A stretch of DNA of 64,000 nt from assembly GCA_000004985.1 (NCBI GenBank), contig GG738864.1. One strand, 5' to 3'. A model generated the notes under the pieces. It ran no database searches and was not told the origin of the DNA. It saw nothing but the letters and a program-made list of their open reading frames with translations. The DNA comes from Naegleria gruberi. Taxonomy: Eukaryota. The stretch's first letter is position 1, and every line of letters begins with the position of its first letter. Below are positions 54,578 to 64,000 of this stretch, in pieces. Made by a program: the position numbers and the translations under genes.

Positions 54578-57262
54578 TTATTTATTATGATAATTGTGGA
54601 ATTGATTTTGAAGATGTGATTGGTTGAACATTTGCTGATTGAATCCATTATTGTTATTGTTCAAGTTATTCATGGTATTTGGATTAATTCCCATATTTGC
54701 AATGTTAAGTGGCATGTTGCCATTTCCATTCATATTGCTCATACTGTTCATATTATTCATGTTATTATTCATATTGTTATTCATATTATTCATGTTGTTA
54801 TTCATATTGTTATTCATATTATTATTCATATTGCTCATGACATTATTTCCATTCATATTCATATTAACGTTCATGGAATTCATATTGTTCATATTGTTGT
54901 TCATATTATTATTCATATTGCTCATGCCATTATTTCCATTCATGTTCATGTTCATATTAAGGTTATTATTCAAATTGCTGAGATTTACAGCGTTGTTCAT
55001 GCCTAAATTATTCATACTGTTAATACTATTAACCAGAGCATTATTGGCCAGTCCAAATTGCCTTGAACCCATCTGTTGATTATTCATTTGAGTGTTAATG
55101 ACTATTGGCTGTTGCTGTTGTTGTGAATTAGACATGTTCGAGTTGTTAACAAAATTTAGAGGATTATTTGACTGTACGGTTTGAGGTTGTACACTTTCAT
55201 ATTCATCATAATGCTCCTGTTCTGGACTATCATCATAATACTCGTCATCATTACTAATTGGAGGAGCTGGATAATTCTTCTTCAATCTCATTTCATTTTG
55301 ATTAACCATGAAAGGCATACTCAAGGGTGACATTCTACCTTGGTGATCATTTGGAACAGTTAAATTACCCATTGGAATGTATCTTAGAGAAGCATCTGTT
55401 GCCATAAAGGTTTTTCCTTTATCCAGAGAAACTTTCACTTCAACTTCCTCATCCGCATTTCCATCAGGTGTTTCACAAACAATTGTATTATCCTTATGAG
55501 GAGAAACATAGATACATCTCGCTCTTTTATCACCAAAATAAACGTAAACATTACTTGGTGCAACAATTTGTTGATTCAAGAGAACCTTAACAAGTTGCCC
55601 TCCTTGTACAATACTATATCTAGGACTAACTCTAAGCACTTTAGAAATCTTACTTCTACTGTGGTCAATTTTTTGTTGTCTCTTTTGATTACCTCTATCA
55701 GTAATTGTTTCAAAATAGGAGCTATCTACATGATGTACTGGTATTTTGTCTGGTGATAAAAGAGAAAATCTCAAAAAGAATTTTCTTCCATTCATATGAG
55801 ATGCTTCATCAATTGTAATTGTATCAAAATGCATATCAACTCTTTGTGCATCACCTCTCATATTTGGTTTAGATTTTGATAATACGACTGGATCAAGAAT
55901 ATCTTTTAAAACTTCCTTCTGTTTTGTCTTGTAACCTAATAATGAAACCTTGATGGAATACAATTGATATCTTGGAATTCCAGAAACGTTTACACTAATA
56001 ATATGTCTAGGAAGAGGTTTTTTGTTTTGTTTACCACCTGGTTGTGGATTTGGTGGTGGTAAATCAAATCCTTCCTCAATCATCATTAAACCCTCTGTAT
56101 CAATACTAATTGTTCCTGTTGCTGATCCGGTATCAGGAATTACTACTATTCTATCCTTTGGTTTGGCATCCTCATCACTATGATATGAAGATGTTGGAGA
56201 ATTAAGAGGTTTGAATTGATTGTTTTGACTAGATGATGGTTGTGGAGATTTATAAACACTTCCTCCTTGTTGAGTTGGCTGAGTTAGATTATTTGATTGT
56301 TGATGAACAATGTGTGATTGGTGTTGCTGCTGTTGTACAATTTGTGGCTGATGTTGCTGTTGATGATGGGCTTGTTGAACATGCAAGTTGTGTGGTTGGT
56401 GATGTTGTTGTGGAACACTTGATTCTGATGGTGGTTGAATTGGAGGAAGTTGAGTAATATTCTCATGATGATTTGGAAGAATTGGATTAATTGGTTGGTG
56501 ATTCGGAATTGATGAATTAAGAGTACTGAGTATTCCAGTATTGTTATTACTGCTTTGTGGAGTACTGGAGGAAAAAGGCGGAGCACCTGATGGTGAAGAA
56601 GAGGAGAATAATCCAGATCCTAAAGTTGGTGTTGTAAGGTTGTTAAAAGATGTTGGAGTTGATAAACCGAAAGGCATTGGTAGTTCGCTACTCGAAGTGA
56701 GAGGAAATTGCAAAGAATTCTTTGTAATATTACCAGTGTTACCATTCATAGTTGGAGTATGATTATTATTTGGTGTAGAAAGGGAACCACCTGTAGTTGC
56801 AGAAACATATCTAATTGGTGGAGCTGTGGAAGGAGAACTTAGAGGTGTCGAAGAATGGAAAGCAAGACCTCCACTACTACTAGTATTGTGGTGAGATTGG
56901 TGATGAGAGAAATCCGAGATATATGGAGCCAAAGTTGTTGATGGGGAATGTTGCAGAGGAGAACTTTCATGAAATCTATGTGGATCCATATTCATGGGTG
57001 TACCAGCAGCACTTGGAGAAGTTTCCAATGTAATCGATCTAGATAATGAAGTGATTGGAGAATTCAAATCAAAAATTGCAAATGATTTAGAAGGTGATGG
57101 TTGCAAGAGTTGATCAACATCCAACTCTTGTTTAATTAAATCCTTCTTTCGGTTATTTTGTTTCATATTATTGGATGTTGAAGATGGAGGAGCAGATGAA
57201 GTTGTTGTCGTTACTAAATTACTTGTTGATGAATGTAAAGTTGATGTAGGATATGGTAGCAT
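54578..57262 (-). CDS. IPT/TIG-domain protein (candidate transcription factor) with an extensive Q/N/H/S-rich low-complexity N-terminus and a C-terminal N/M-rich tract encoded by imperfect tandem DNA repeats.
   Basis: TIG-like segment NVYVYFGDKRARCIYVSPHKDNTIVCETPDG...VKVSLDKGKTFMATDASLRYI, plus NNMNNNMNN runs. Confidence 0.5.
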   Translation of the reverse strand: MLPYPTSTLHSSTSNLVTTTTSSAPPSSTSNNMKQNNRKKDLIKQELDVDQLLQPSPSKSFAIFDLNSPITSLSRSITLETSPSAAGTPMNMDPHRFHESSPLQHSPSTTLAPYISDFSHHQSHHNTSSSGGLAFHSSTPLSSPSTAPPIRYVSATTGGSLSTPNNNHTPTMNGNTGNITKNSLQFPLTSSSELPMPFGLSTPTSFNNLTTPTLGSGLFSSSSPSGAPPFSSSTPQSSNNNTGILSTLNSSIPNHQPINPILPNHHENITQLPPIQPPSESSVPQQHHQPHNLHVQQAHHQQQHQPQIVQQQQHQSHIVHQQSNNLTQPTQQGGSVYKSPQPSSSQNNQFKPLNSPTSSYHSDEDAKPKDRIVVIPDTGSATGTISIDTEGLMMIEEGFDLPPPNPQPGGKQNKKPLPRHIISVNVSGIPRYQLYSIKVSLLGYKTKQKEVLKDILDPVVLSKSKPNMRGDAQRVDMHFDTITIDEASHMNGRKFFLRFSLLSPDKIPVHHVDSSYFETITDRGNQKRQQKIDHSRSKISKVLRVSPRYSIVQGGQLVKVLLNQQIVAPSNVYVYFGDKRARCIYVSPHKDNTIVCETPDGNADEEVEVKVSLDKGKTFMATDASLRYIPMGNLTVPNDHQGRMSPLSMPFMVNQNEMRLKKNYPAPPISNDDEYYDDSPEQEHYDEYESVQPQTVQSNNPLNFVNNSNMSNSQQQQQPIVINTQMNNQQMGSRQFGLANNALVNSINSMNNLGMNNAVNLSNLNNNLNMNMNMNGNNGMSNMNNNMNNNMNNMNSMNVNMNMNGNNVMSNMNNNMNNNMNNNMNNMNNNMNNNMNNMNSMSNMNGNGNMPLNIANMGINPNTMNNLNNNNNGFNQQMFNQSHLQNQFHNYHNK

Positions 57263-58759
57263 ATTAAAAACACTACAACTACTAATTGATTAAATAAATT
57301 ATAACACAAGTCAAATTAAAATAGTAGACTTGGTACAATTGTGGTGGTGGTTTTTTGGTTTGACTTGCTGAAATAATATTTTGACAATTTTTGTTCTTCC
57401 TTTGTTTTTGTGATGACTTAGTTCTTCAAAGGAAGTAGAAGTGCACAAGAGCTTGCTTGAAAAACACAGAAACCCGTCAAAATGGAAATGGCAAGTAAAA
57501 GTGCTGAAAGTTCTTTTTAGTTGGTAAATTAACGGAACATTAAAAATCAATAAGTTGATGAAAGCATCATCCATTCAACATTTTCGTCACGGATTGTGTT
57601 CATAACATTTATATTGGTAATTATGGAAAATAGTCACATGTGTTACCTTCTCTTCTTTTTAAATCTACTTACTTTTAGAACAAGAACTGAAATCCGAACA
57701 CTTATTGATATTAAATAAATACTACACAACTACTACTACTGGTGTGTGATGATAGAGTTCTCAGAGTTGGTTATGTTGCTGCTTTTTGTTAATCTCAAAG
57801 AGCCATAGATTTTAATCTCCTTTTTGGACAAAACTGATTTGGCGGTTTTAAGGTGATCTGTTTGTTGAGGAAACTAGCTAGTTTTTGCACGCGCTTGTTG
57901 ATGATGAAAGGTGTTGGTTCTATTGCTAAAACATTCACAGTGTTGTGCTTTAGTCGATAAAGAGAGACCTTCTATTTTGACGGAATCAGACTATAAGGCT
58001 GTAAACCGATCGTATACCAATCCTTAATAATATAAGTTATTCTTAATTGAATTTCTGTAATGTCGAAATGCGCCAATTTCCCAACTATGAAAGGGGTTTG
58101 TTCTAATTGATGTATTCTACAAGATTCTGTTGTCTTGAATATAGGTTATTTGTATTAACCAAGAAATCGTCTTACCCTCTATGAAAATTTTGAAATCACT
58201 TTTCTCTATAAATAAAGAGCCAAATCCAACAAATTTCATATTATGATATCGTTAACTTAATGAATAATAATCATACGATATGTTTCTCTAATATCCAGTG
58301 TTGTTATTGAGATATGCTTTGTTGAGATTGTGAATTCACGTTCAGATAGTGAAATTTGCTTAAGGAATGAAATCAGTGCTATTGGCGCAAACAATTACCC
58401 CTACAATCAGCTTTGGGGGAATTCTGGAATACTTCTACTGATCTCAAAGATAAACGAGGATACAGAATCAAACAAGCACAGACTGTTACCAAATAGCTTG
58501 GGATCTCGAACCTGGGAACTTGTTTTCATTAACCTCAAACGTTACTCAACGTAAACAATTCACAATCGGCAATTCAAGTATTACTTGTTTAGTATATATA
58601 TTCCTTTATTTTTTTGGAGAAAATGCTTAACCTGACCCAGATATTGGGAAGAGGAAGCTATTAAATCTTGAAGCCTTGTATTGATTTGAGCAACATGTTT
58701 GCTGACGTAAAAAAAGGGTGTGTTTATAAATTAGTAGAATGTTAACAGTTATTTTAAGT

Positions 58760-60028
58760 TTAATTAATAGATTTCATCTTTTGGTAATTAATATTAAGTG
58801 ATTTTAATTGTTTCATTTCACTTATTAATTTCACTCCTTCAATACCAATTCGATTGTAACATATATTAAGTGATTTTAATTGCTTCATTTCACTTATGAA
58901 TTTGGCTCCTTCATCTCCAATTAGATTGTAAGATATATCAAGTGATATTAATTGTTTCATTTCACATATTGATTTGGCGCCTTCATCACCAATTTGATTG
59001 TTATAAATACTAAGTGATCTCAATTGTTTCATTTCACTTATTGATTTGACTCCTTCATCACCAATTCGATTGTAACATATAGCAAGTGACGTTAATTGTT
59101 TCATTTCAAATATGGATTTTACTCCTTCACCACCAATTCTATTTCCACTAATATCAAGTGATATTAATTGTTTCATTTCACATATTGATTTCGCACCTTC
59201 ATCTCTAATTTCATTGTAAGATATATTAAGTGACGTTAATTGTTTCATTTCAATTATTGATTTGGCTCCTTCATCTCCAATTAGATTGTAAGATATATCA
59301 AGTGACATTAATTGTTTCATTTCACTTATTGATTTGGATCCTTCATCTCCAATTATATTGTTACAAAATGTAAGTGATGTTAATTGTTTCATTTCACTTA
59401 TTGATTTGGATCCTTCATCTCCAATTTGATTCTTAGATATATCAAGTAATATTAATTGTTTCATTTCACATATTGATTTGGCGCCTTCATCTCCAATTTG
59501 ATTGTTATTAATACTAAGTGATCTCAATTGTTTCATTTCACTTATAAATTTGGCTCCTTCATCTCCAATTTGAATTCCACGAATATCAAGTAATTTTAAT
59601 TGTTTCATTTGAGTTATGAATTTGGCTTGTTCTATAGTGTCAAGCGAGGTTCTATAAAATTTAAGATTAACAATACTATTCATAAATTGACTTTTCATGA
59701 ATAATTCAATTCTTGTTTCTGTAAATTTTTGTTTAAATTGAATAACAAGTTTTGAACGTTCCTTGATCACATTAAAGAATTGTTTTGAAATCAAGGAACA
59801 ATTATTCAAAATAAACCACGAATCATCGAGCATGCAAATTATTTCAAAACAAACATCATCTGAAAATATTTCTTGTCGTTTCAGTTTAACCTTTTTTGCT
59901 TTCTCTTCCATATTATTTTCCTCCGAATAATTAATTAAATGATCATGATTTGCCAAATCTTGTCTATTTCGTTTGCTCATTTTTTTTTGAATTAATCGTT
60001 GGAGTTGGTGTACTCCCTTAACACCCAA
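58760..60028 (-). CDS. F-box / leucine-rich-repeat protein (RNI-type 24-residue LRRs, about 13 units).
   Basis: F-box-like CFEIICMLDDSWFILNNCSLISKQFFNVIKERSKL, followed by tandem LxSLxISxNxIGDEGAKSIxEMKQL units (72-nt DNA repeats). Confidence 0.7.
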   Translation of the reverse strand: MGVKGVHQLQRLIQKKMSKRNRQDLANHDHLINYSEENNMEEKAKKVKLKRQEIFSDDVCFEIICMLDDSWFILNNCSLISKQFFNVIKERSKLVIQFKQKFTETRIELFMKSQFMNSIVNLKFYRTSLDTIEQAKFITQMKQLKLLDIRGIQIGDEGAKFISEMKQLRSLSINNNQIGDEGAKSICEMKQLILLDISKNQIGDEGSKSISEMKQLTSLTFCNNIIGDEGSKSISEMKQLMSLDISYNLIGDEGAKSIIEMKQLTSLNISYNEIRDEGAKSICEMKQLISLDISGNRIGGEGVKSIFEMKQLTSLAICYNRIGDEGVKSISEMKQLRSLSIYNNQIGDEGAKSICEMKQLISLDISYNLIGDEGAKFISEMKQLKSLNICYNRIGIEGVKLISEMKQLKSLNINYQKMKSIN

Positions 60029-60409
60029 AAGAAAATGAAATCACTGAACTGTACCACTTCTTTCTTACTGCTGATCACTCTATTACTGTTGTGTGTATGG
60101 TCATCATCTATCGGAGCAGTTGGTTCCTCCACACTCCAACATTTTCTATAAATTATTCAATAGTGAAAAGGAGGAGGGTATTAGTGGTGGATCTAACTTG
60201 TTACATTTCTATGCTAGTAATGTTAATTTGTACAACTCTCACATTAATATTATATGAATGTAATTGTTGTCTTATAATTTTATTAATACTGTTTTTGAAG
60301 ACAAGAACTTGAATATATTGAGTCATGTTTGATTTAATATTTCAAGTGGCTGTTGTCTTCAGTATCAATTGATATTGTAGTTTATTTGAGGAATATTAAG
60401 CAAAGTATT

Positions 60410-61162
60410 CTAATTGACTCGTGTGTACATTAGAGATCTTCTCGAATTGAATCTGGTGCACAGTACAACACAACAAACAACACAACAAATCAAACAAGTA
60501 CACGTACAAGTAATCAACAGGACAATCCCAAGAAGAGTGAGGGAGCTTATTGTTCCTGGAGATTTGTAAACGTAGGTAACTTGGGAAATTTTGTTTGTTT
60601 CGGGGTCCAATTTGCATGAAGGGGTAAATGATTCAACATTTGAACATGTTAAAATATCAAATGTGAAAGCTAGTTTTGCTCCTTCACTTGTATTGAATTC
60701 TAAACAAATTGGAAATGATTCACTTGAATATGTAACAAGTCCAAAGAATAGATTATCACTGAATGGTCTTTTTACAAAGGTATTAAGCGTGTAAGTTGTT
60801 GAAGTGACCGGATTACTCAATGTTAATTCTGAACCAGTGGAAACTAACTTGGTGAATGGAATTTGAAGATAATTACAACTTTCGTCATAAACTTGTGCAT
60901 CTCCTAAATACCAAGAACCACTAGTGAATGGACCATTGTTATCTTGTAAACTGGATTGATATTTCAAATTATGAATCCATTCCTCCGATTGACCATCAAT
61001 ATTATTGAATATATTACTTGTCTGTAATTTGATTCCGAAAGTTGGTGATGTATTTACAAATGTTGACGAACAAATTAGTGAGAGAAATACAATGATTGTG
61101 CTTATGATTCGTGTAGCTTGTTGTTTTGTCATTTTTATTTGATGTTCTAGATTCATCTTCAT
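60410..61162 (-). CDS. Secreted/membrane protein with a Cys-rich C-terminal TM segment, function unknown.
   Basis: ORF with a signal-like N-terminus and a C-terminal CTCTCLICCVVCCVVLC hydrophobic tail. Confidence 0.4.
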   Translation of the reverse strand: MKMNLEHQIKMTKQQATRIISTIIVFLSLICSSTFVNTSPTFGIKLQTSNIFNNIDGQSEEWIHNLKYQSSLQDNNGPFTSGSWYLGDAQVYDESCNYLQIPFTKLVSTGSELTLSNPVTSTTYTLNTFVKRPFSDNLFFGLVTYSSESFPICLEFNTSEGAKLAFTFDILTCSNVESFTPSCKLDPETNKISQVTYVYKSPGTISSLTLLGIVLLITCTCTCLICCVVCCVVLCTRFNSRRSLMYTRVN

Positions 61163-61261
61163 TCTTGTCAGTGCCAGCGAACTGACATAGTGGAACTCTA
61201 TTTAAAATCCATTTGAAAGAACTCCTTTTCTAATTGGCTGTTCTTTTAATTCAATGACAAA

Positions 61262-62653
61262 CTACCTCCAGTCCTCGGTTTTACAACCTCCACAATCACT
61301 GAAGGCAATTTCACATAGTTCTGAATGTCTTTCTGCAAAGTTTGTATTCCACAATAAAACATTGGCATCAGCCCCACCAGTAGCAAAGTAATGGCCATCA
61401 CTGGAAAATCTAGCACATTGAGTTGAGTTTGAATGACCACTAATAGTATACATTAATTGTGCATGCATAAGGTTCCACAATTTGATTGTGTTGTCCTCAC
61501 CAGTTGATACCAAGTAGTTTCCACTTCTATGGAAATCAATGCCAGTGACAGGATAGTTATGAGCTTCAAATTTTTGCAATGGCTTTCCAGAATATCTTAA
61601 ATCAAATAAACGAATCGAGTTGTCATTTGAGCAGCTAGCTAAGCTAGTTCCATCTGGAGAAAATCTCACCTTATTAATATAATCGTTATGCTGTCTCAAA
61701 TCAACAATGCATGATGAACTGTTTGCATCGAATAGTTTAATTGATCTGTCTCTTCCAGCAGTCACTAAAACTCTTCCATCATACGAAATGTCACAACTTA
61801 GAGGAGGAAGTGAATGACCCAAATATGAGTTTACATATTGGCAATACTCCAAAGACCAAAGACGAGTTGAGTTGTCGGATGAGCAACTCAGAAGGTAATT
61901 TCCAGTCTTGTCAAAAGAAATGTCATTAATAGCTCCCTCGTGACCCTTGATTACATAAGATTCGTGTGGTCTACTATGAGCATCAACAGCAGTGTCAGTT
62001 CCTTCAAGACCTAATTTCATTATTCTGATATGTCTGTCATTTCCTCCTGTTGCAATCATGTGATTTCCCTCGTGTATTACTGGAGAGAATTTGACACAAT
62101 ATACTCCTCCGAGTTCATGATGTACATATTTCAAAGGAAACATGCTTCCCTTAATTTTCCACAAGAATAGACTCGAGTCCATACCAACAGAGGCCAATCT
62201 AGAACCTTCCGGACTGAAATCAAGACCTGTTACAAGTTCTGAATGACCCATAAATGTCGAATTCAAAGTTGGGTCTCTATCCTTCTTTGTTAATCGATAA
62301 TTATCTGGCCTCAATCTCTCCGACATTGTGCCTCTGTATCTACCAATTCTATTCCAAAGATTGTCATCGTATTTTTCATTAATTTGATTCCATAATTCCA
62401 TATCTTCTTCAGGAACAATTTTATCCTCAAATAAAGTTTGATGTTGACTCTCTGCATCCTTCAAGTGTTGCTGTACTTTTTTCTTTTTATGCTTGGCTGA
62501 AATATGAAGTTTAGATTTTTTGATATGATGTTGTTTGTATTCACTCTTCTCTGTTAGTGATGGATTCTTTGCCTCATCTTCTTTTCTCTTGCTAGTCTCT
62601 AGCACTTGCTTCACCTTTTTCATGGTGGGCGTTTCTGCATTAAGTGGATGCAT
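61262..62653 (-). CDS. POC1-like centriolar WD40 protein (7 WD repeats) with a K-rich N-terminal extension.
   Basis: GHSELVTGLDFSPEGSRLASVGMDSSLFLWK and the terminal YTISGHSNSTQCARFSSDGHYFATGGADANVLLWNTNF resemble the first and last POC1 blades. Confidence 0.6.
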   Translation of the reverse strand: MHPLNAETPTMKKVKQVLETSKRKEDEAKNPSLTEKSEYKQHHIKKSKLHISAKHKKKKVQQHLKDAESQHQTLFEDKIVPEEDMELWNQINEKYDDNLWNRIGRYRGTMSERLRPDNYRLTKKDRDPTLNSTFMGHSELVTGLDFSPEGSRLASVGMDSSLFLWKIKGSMFPLKYVHHELGGVYCVKFSPVIHEGNHMIATGGNDRHIRIMKLGLEGTDTAVDAHSRPHESYVIKGHEGAINDISFDKTGNYLLSCSSDNSTRLWSLEYCQYVNSYLGHSLPPLSCDISYDGRVLVTAGRDRSIKLFDANSSSCIVDLRQHNDYINKVRFSPDGTSLASCSNDNSIRLFDLRYSGKPLQKFEAHNYPVTGIDFHRSGNYLVSTGEDNTIKLWNLMHAQLMYTISGHSNSTQCARFSSDGHYFATGGADANVLLWNTNFAERHSELCEIAFSDCGGCKTEDWR

Positions 62654-63230
62654 TTTTTTGTCTTAAAAAAGGCGGCCGAAAATTTTGTACAAGAAATGGC
62701 GGCAACTTTATTTCTTTCTCATTGTCTTTTCAAATATTTGCTGTTGTGAATGAATACATCTCTTACAATATAATCGGGTTAAACCAAACCGATAGAGAGT
62801 TGTGGAACAATACTGTCCACAACATGAACATTGATTCTCTGAATGTCCTGACATTTCATTGAACATGTTGGTGATTTTCTCCTGTTGGCCGTGAGGAGGC
62901 GTCGACAAGGAAAGCATATGAAATAGTAAGGAATTGAATTCAGACTCGTTTGCTTGAATAATTCTTGTTCTGTTTGATTTAATTGACATGATTTTTATTG
63001 TGTGGTGAATTGGAGGCAACACATCATTCATGGTATGATTTAAATTCTTGAATTTGATGTGCTCCATCGTAATCTTTTCCACTCGATTGATGTTTCAAAC
63101 TTTACATTGATGTAGGAGAAGCAGTTGCTGTTGTGGAATGTTTTTTGTAAACTTGTTGAAGTGGTAACATGGCATACTAGTATTTGTTACTTTTCACTTC
63201 AACTTGAAGAGAAATCAACACCATAAAAAA

Positions 63231-63690
63231 ATGTCTGAACAACACCATCACTCACTGATGAATTTACCAACAGAGATTCATCATGAAATATTCAGCTACT
63301 TGGATTATGTTCGTGATATTTGTTGTGATCCAATACTTTTCCAACCAACAATTATCATGCCATCTACTTTGGAGGAATTTGAAGAAAATTTCTCCTCGGA
63401 AGAGTTTTTGGATTTTGATCATCCAAGTAAAGTACCATTCTTTCTTGCATGTAGATCATTGTTACGATCTGTAAAATCATTCAAGCCTACCATGTTGAAC
63501 TTTACTATGTTCTCTGTTTGGAGACGTTGTCGATATAGTTTGGATGAAAGTTATCTTCAACAATTGAACGGCATTGTTCCTTGGTTTTATGAATCAAATA
63601 ATAATGGAAAAAGTGCAATAGTTTGGTTGAATGAAATTTTAGAATTCTGTAAGAAAATGAAATGTCTATGCCAAACAGATCCTTTCAGAC
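63231..63690 (+). CDS. F-box-like protein, 5' exon only (MSEQHHHSLMNLPTEIHHEIFSYLDYV...); a likely GT donor sits near 63690 and the gene may continue past the window end.
   Basis: Open frame from the ATG at 63231 with an F-box-like LPTEIHHEIFSYLDY. The downstream exon structure is unresolved. Confidence 0.3.
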
Positions 63691-64000
63691 AGGTTGAATT
63701 TATTTCCTTTTCCTCTAGGTTGGGTAAAAACCATTGTGCATTTCCATATTTTAATTTTGGTTCTATTTTCTCACAAATTTTTATTCTGATACCAACAATC
63801 AAATATGTACTACTGAGAATCAATCAAACAATTCTCAAAGATTCTGCATTAACATTTGTGCAATCTTCTGTAGTTTCTAATAGAACCTATTTTACATACA
63901 GCAATAATATATATAGATCTGCCTTGGAACATGAACAAAATCCAAAAGCTCCTATTGAGATATTGAAAAATGTATTTCCAAACAGGTACCCCAGAAATAT

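Noticed and set aside
54620-55079. 128- and 146-aa plus-strand ORFs (HIHI... / LFILL...) opposite the TIG-protein C-terminus
   Set aside because: They are products of the degenerate tandem repeat being open in all frames. The minus-strand frame continues into a recognisable domain.
57840-57960. Candidate C/D-box snoRNA (TGATGATGA box-C-like at 57900)
   Set aside because: No CTGA D box or terminal stem within 60-120 nt downstream. Insufficient support.
62708-63082. 124-aa minus-strand ORF upstream of POC1 with CSCCGQYC...CKRC spacing (zinc-ribbon-like)
   Set aside because: Could be a small zinc-finger gene, but there is no recognisable family, its composition resembles flanking UTR, and it overlaps the POC1 promoter. 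Left uncalled.

Overview
This is a eukaryotic nuclear genomic window, about 65% AT and gene-dense, with roughly 35 protein-coding genes on both strands. Most genes are intronless or carry one to three very short introns of 40-50 nt (a few are 80-165 nt). The introns begin GTATGT, GTAAGT or GTGAGT and have a TACTAAT or CTAAC branch-like motif 10-25 nt before the AG. I used this intron signature to join exons that the ORF track shows as separate pieces.

RNA genes:
- Two near-identical 118-nt 5S rRNA genes lie 15 kb apart on opposite strands, at 3490-3607 (minus) and 18438-18555 (plus).
- A tRNA-Lys(CUU) is at 11769-11841 and a eukaryotic initiator tRNA-Met is at 27557-27628.

Protein genes I could recognise:
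- CEMIP/TMEM2-like G8-domain protein, partial, running off the window start
- NmrA-like protein
- Atypical Rho-like and Ras-like GTPases, both with the catalytic Gln region degenerate
- GBA2-type (GH116) glucosylceramidase
- Ankyrin-RING E3 ligase
- HMG-box protein
- EF-hand protein
- Bulb-lectin plus EGF-repeat surface protein and a second EGF membrane protein
- Kelch-like protein
- Class IV sirtuin
- Cathepsin B
- P0/Mrt4-like protein
- BBE-type FAD oxidase
- SAM-domain sphingomyelin-synthase-like (SMSr-like) protein
- Large, well-conserved protein of about 1165 aa that I cannot place
- Membrane hybrid histidine kinase fused to a receiver domain, joined across a 40-nt intron
- F-box proteins, one a full F-box/LRR protein plus a decayed paralog fragment
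- NME7-like double-NDK protein
- HAD hydrolase
- ATP-dependent DNA ligase
- eIF3e
- IPT/TIG-domain Q/N-rich protein
- POC1-like WD40 protein

NME7 and POC1 indicate the organism has centrioles or flagella, and the hybrid histidine kinase with the fungal-like intron signals points to a non-animal, flagellated unicellular eukaryote. I cannot name the species.

The most unusual structure is a conserved element of about 85-90 nt present once near each 5S gene, on the opposite strand to the 5S, inside flanks that otherwise do not align. Other points worth a second look are a decayed polyubiquitin gene and a possible 5S 5' fragment between the first 5S gene and its element, a composite ATCGAT-rich repeat at 19.1-20.3 kb, a 110-140-bp direct repeat in one promoter region, and apparent 1-nt frame disruptions in at least three genes. 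Because this is eukaryotic, there are no operons, CRISPR arrays or prokaryotic mobile elements to report.
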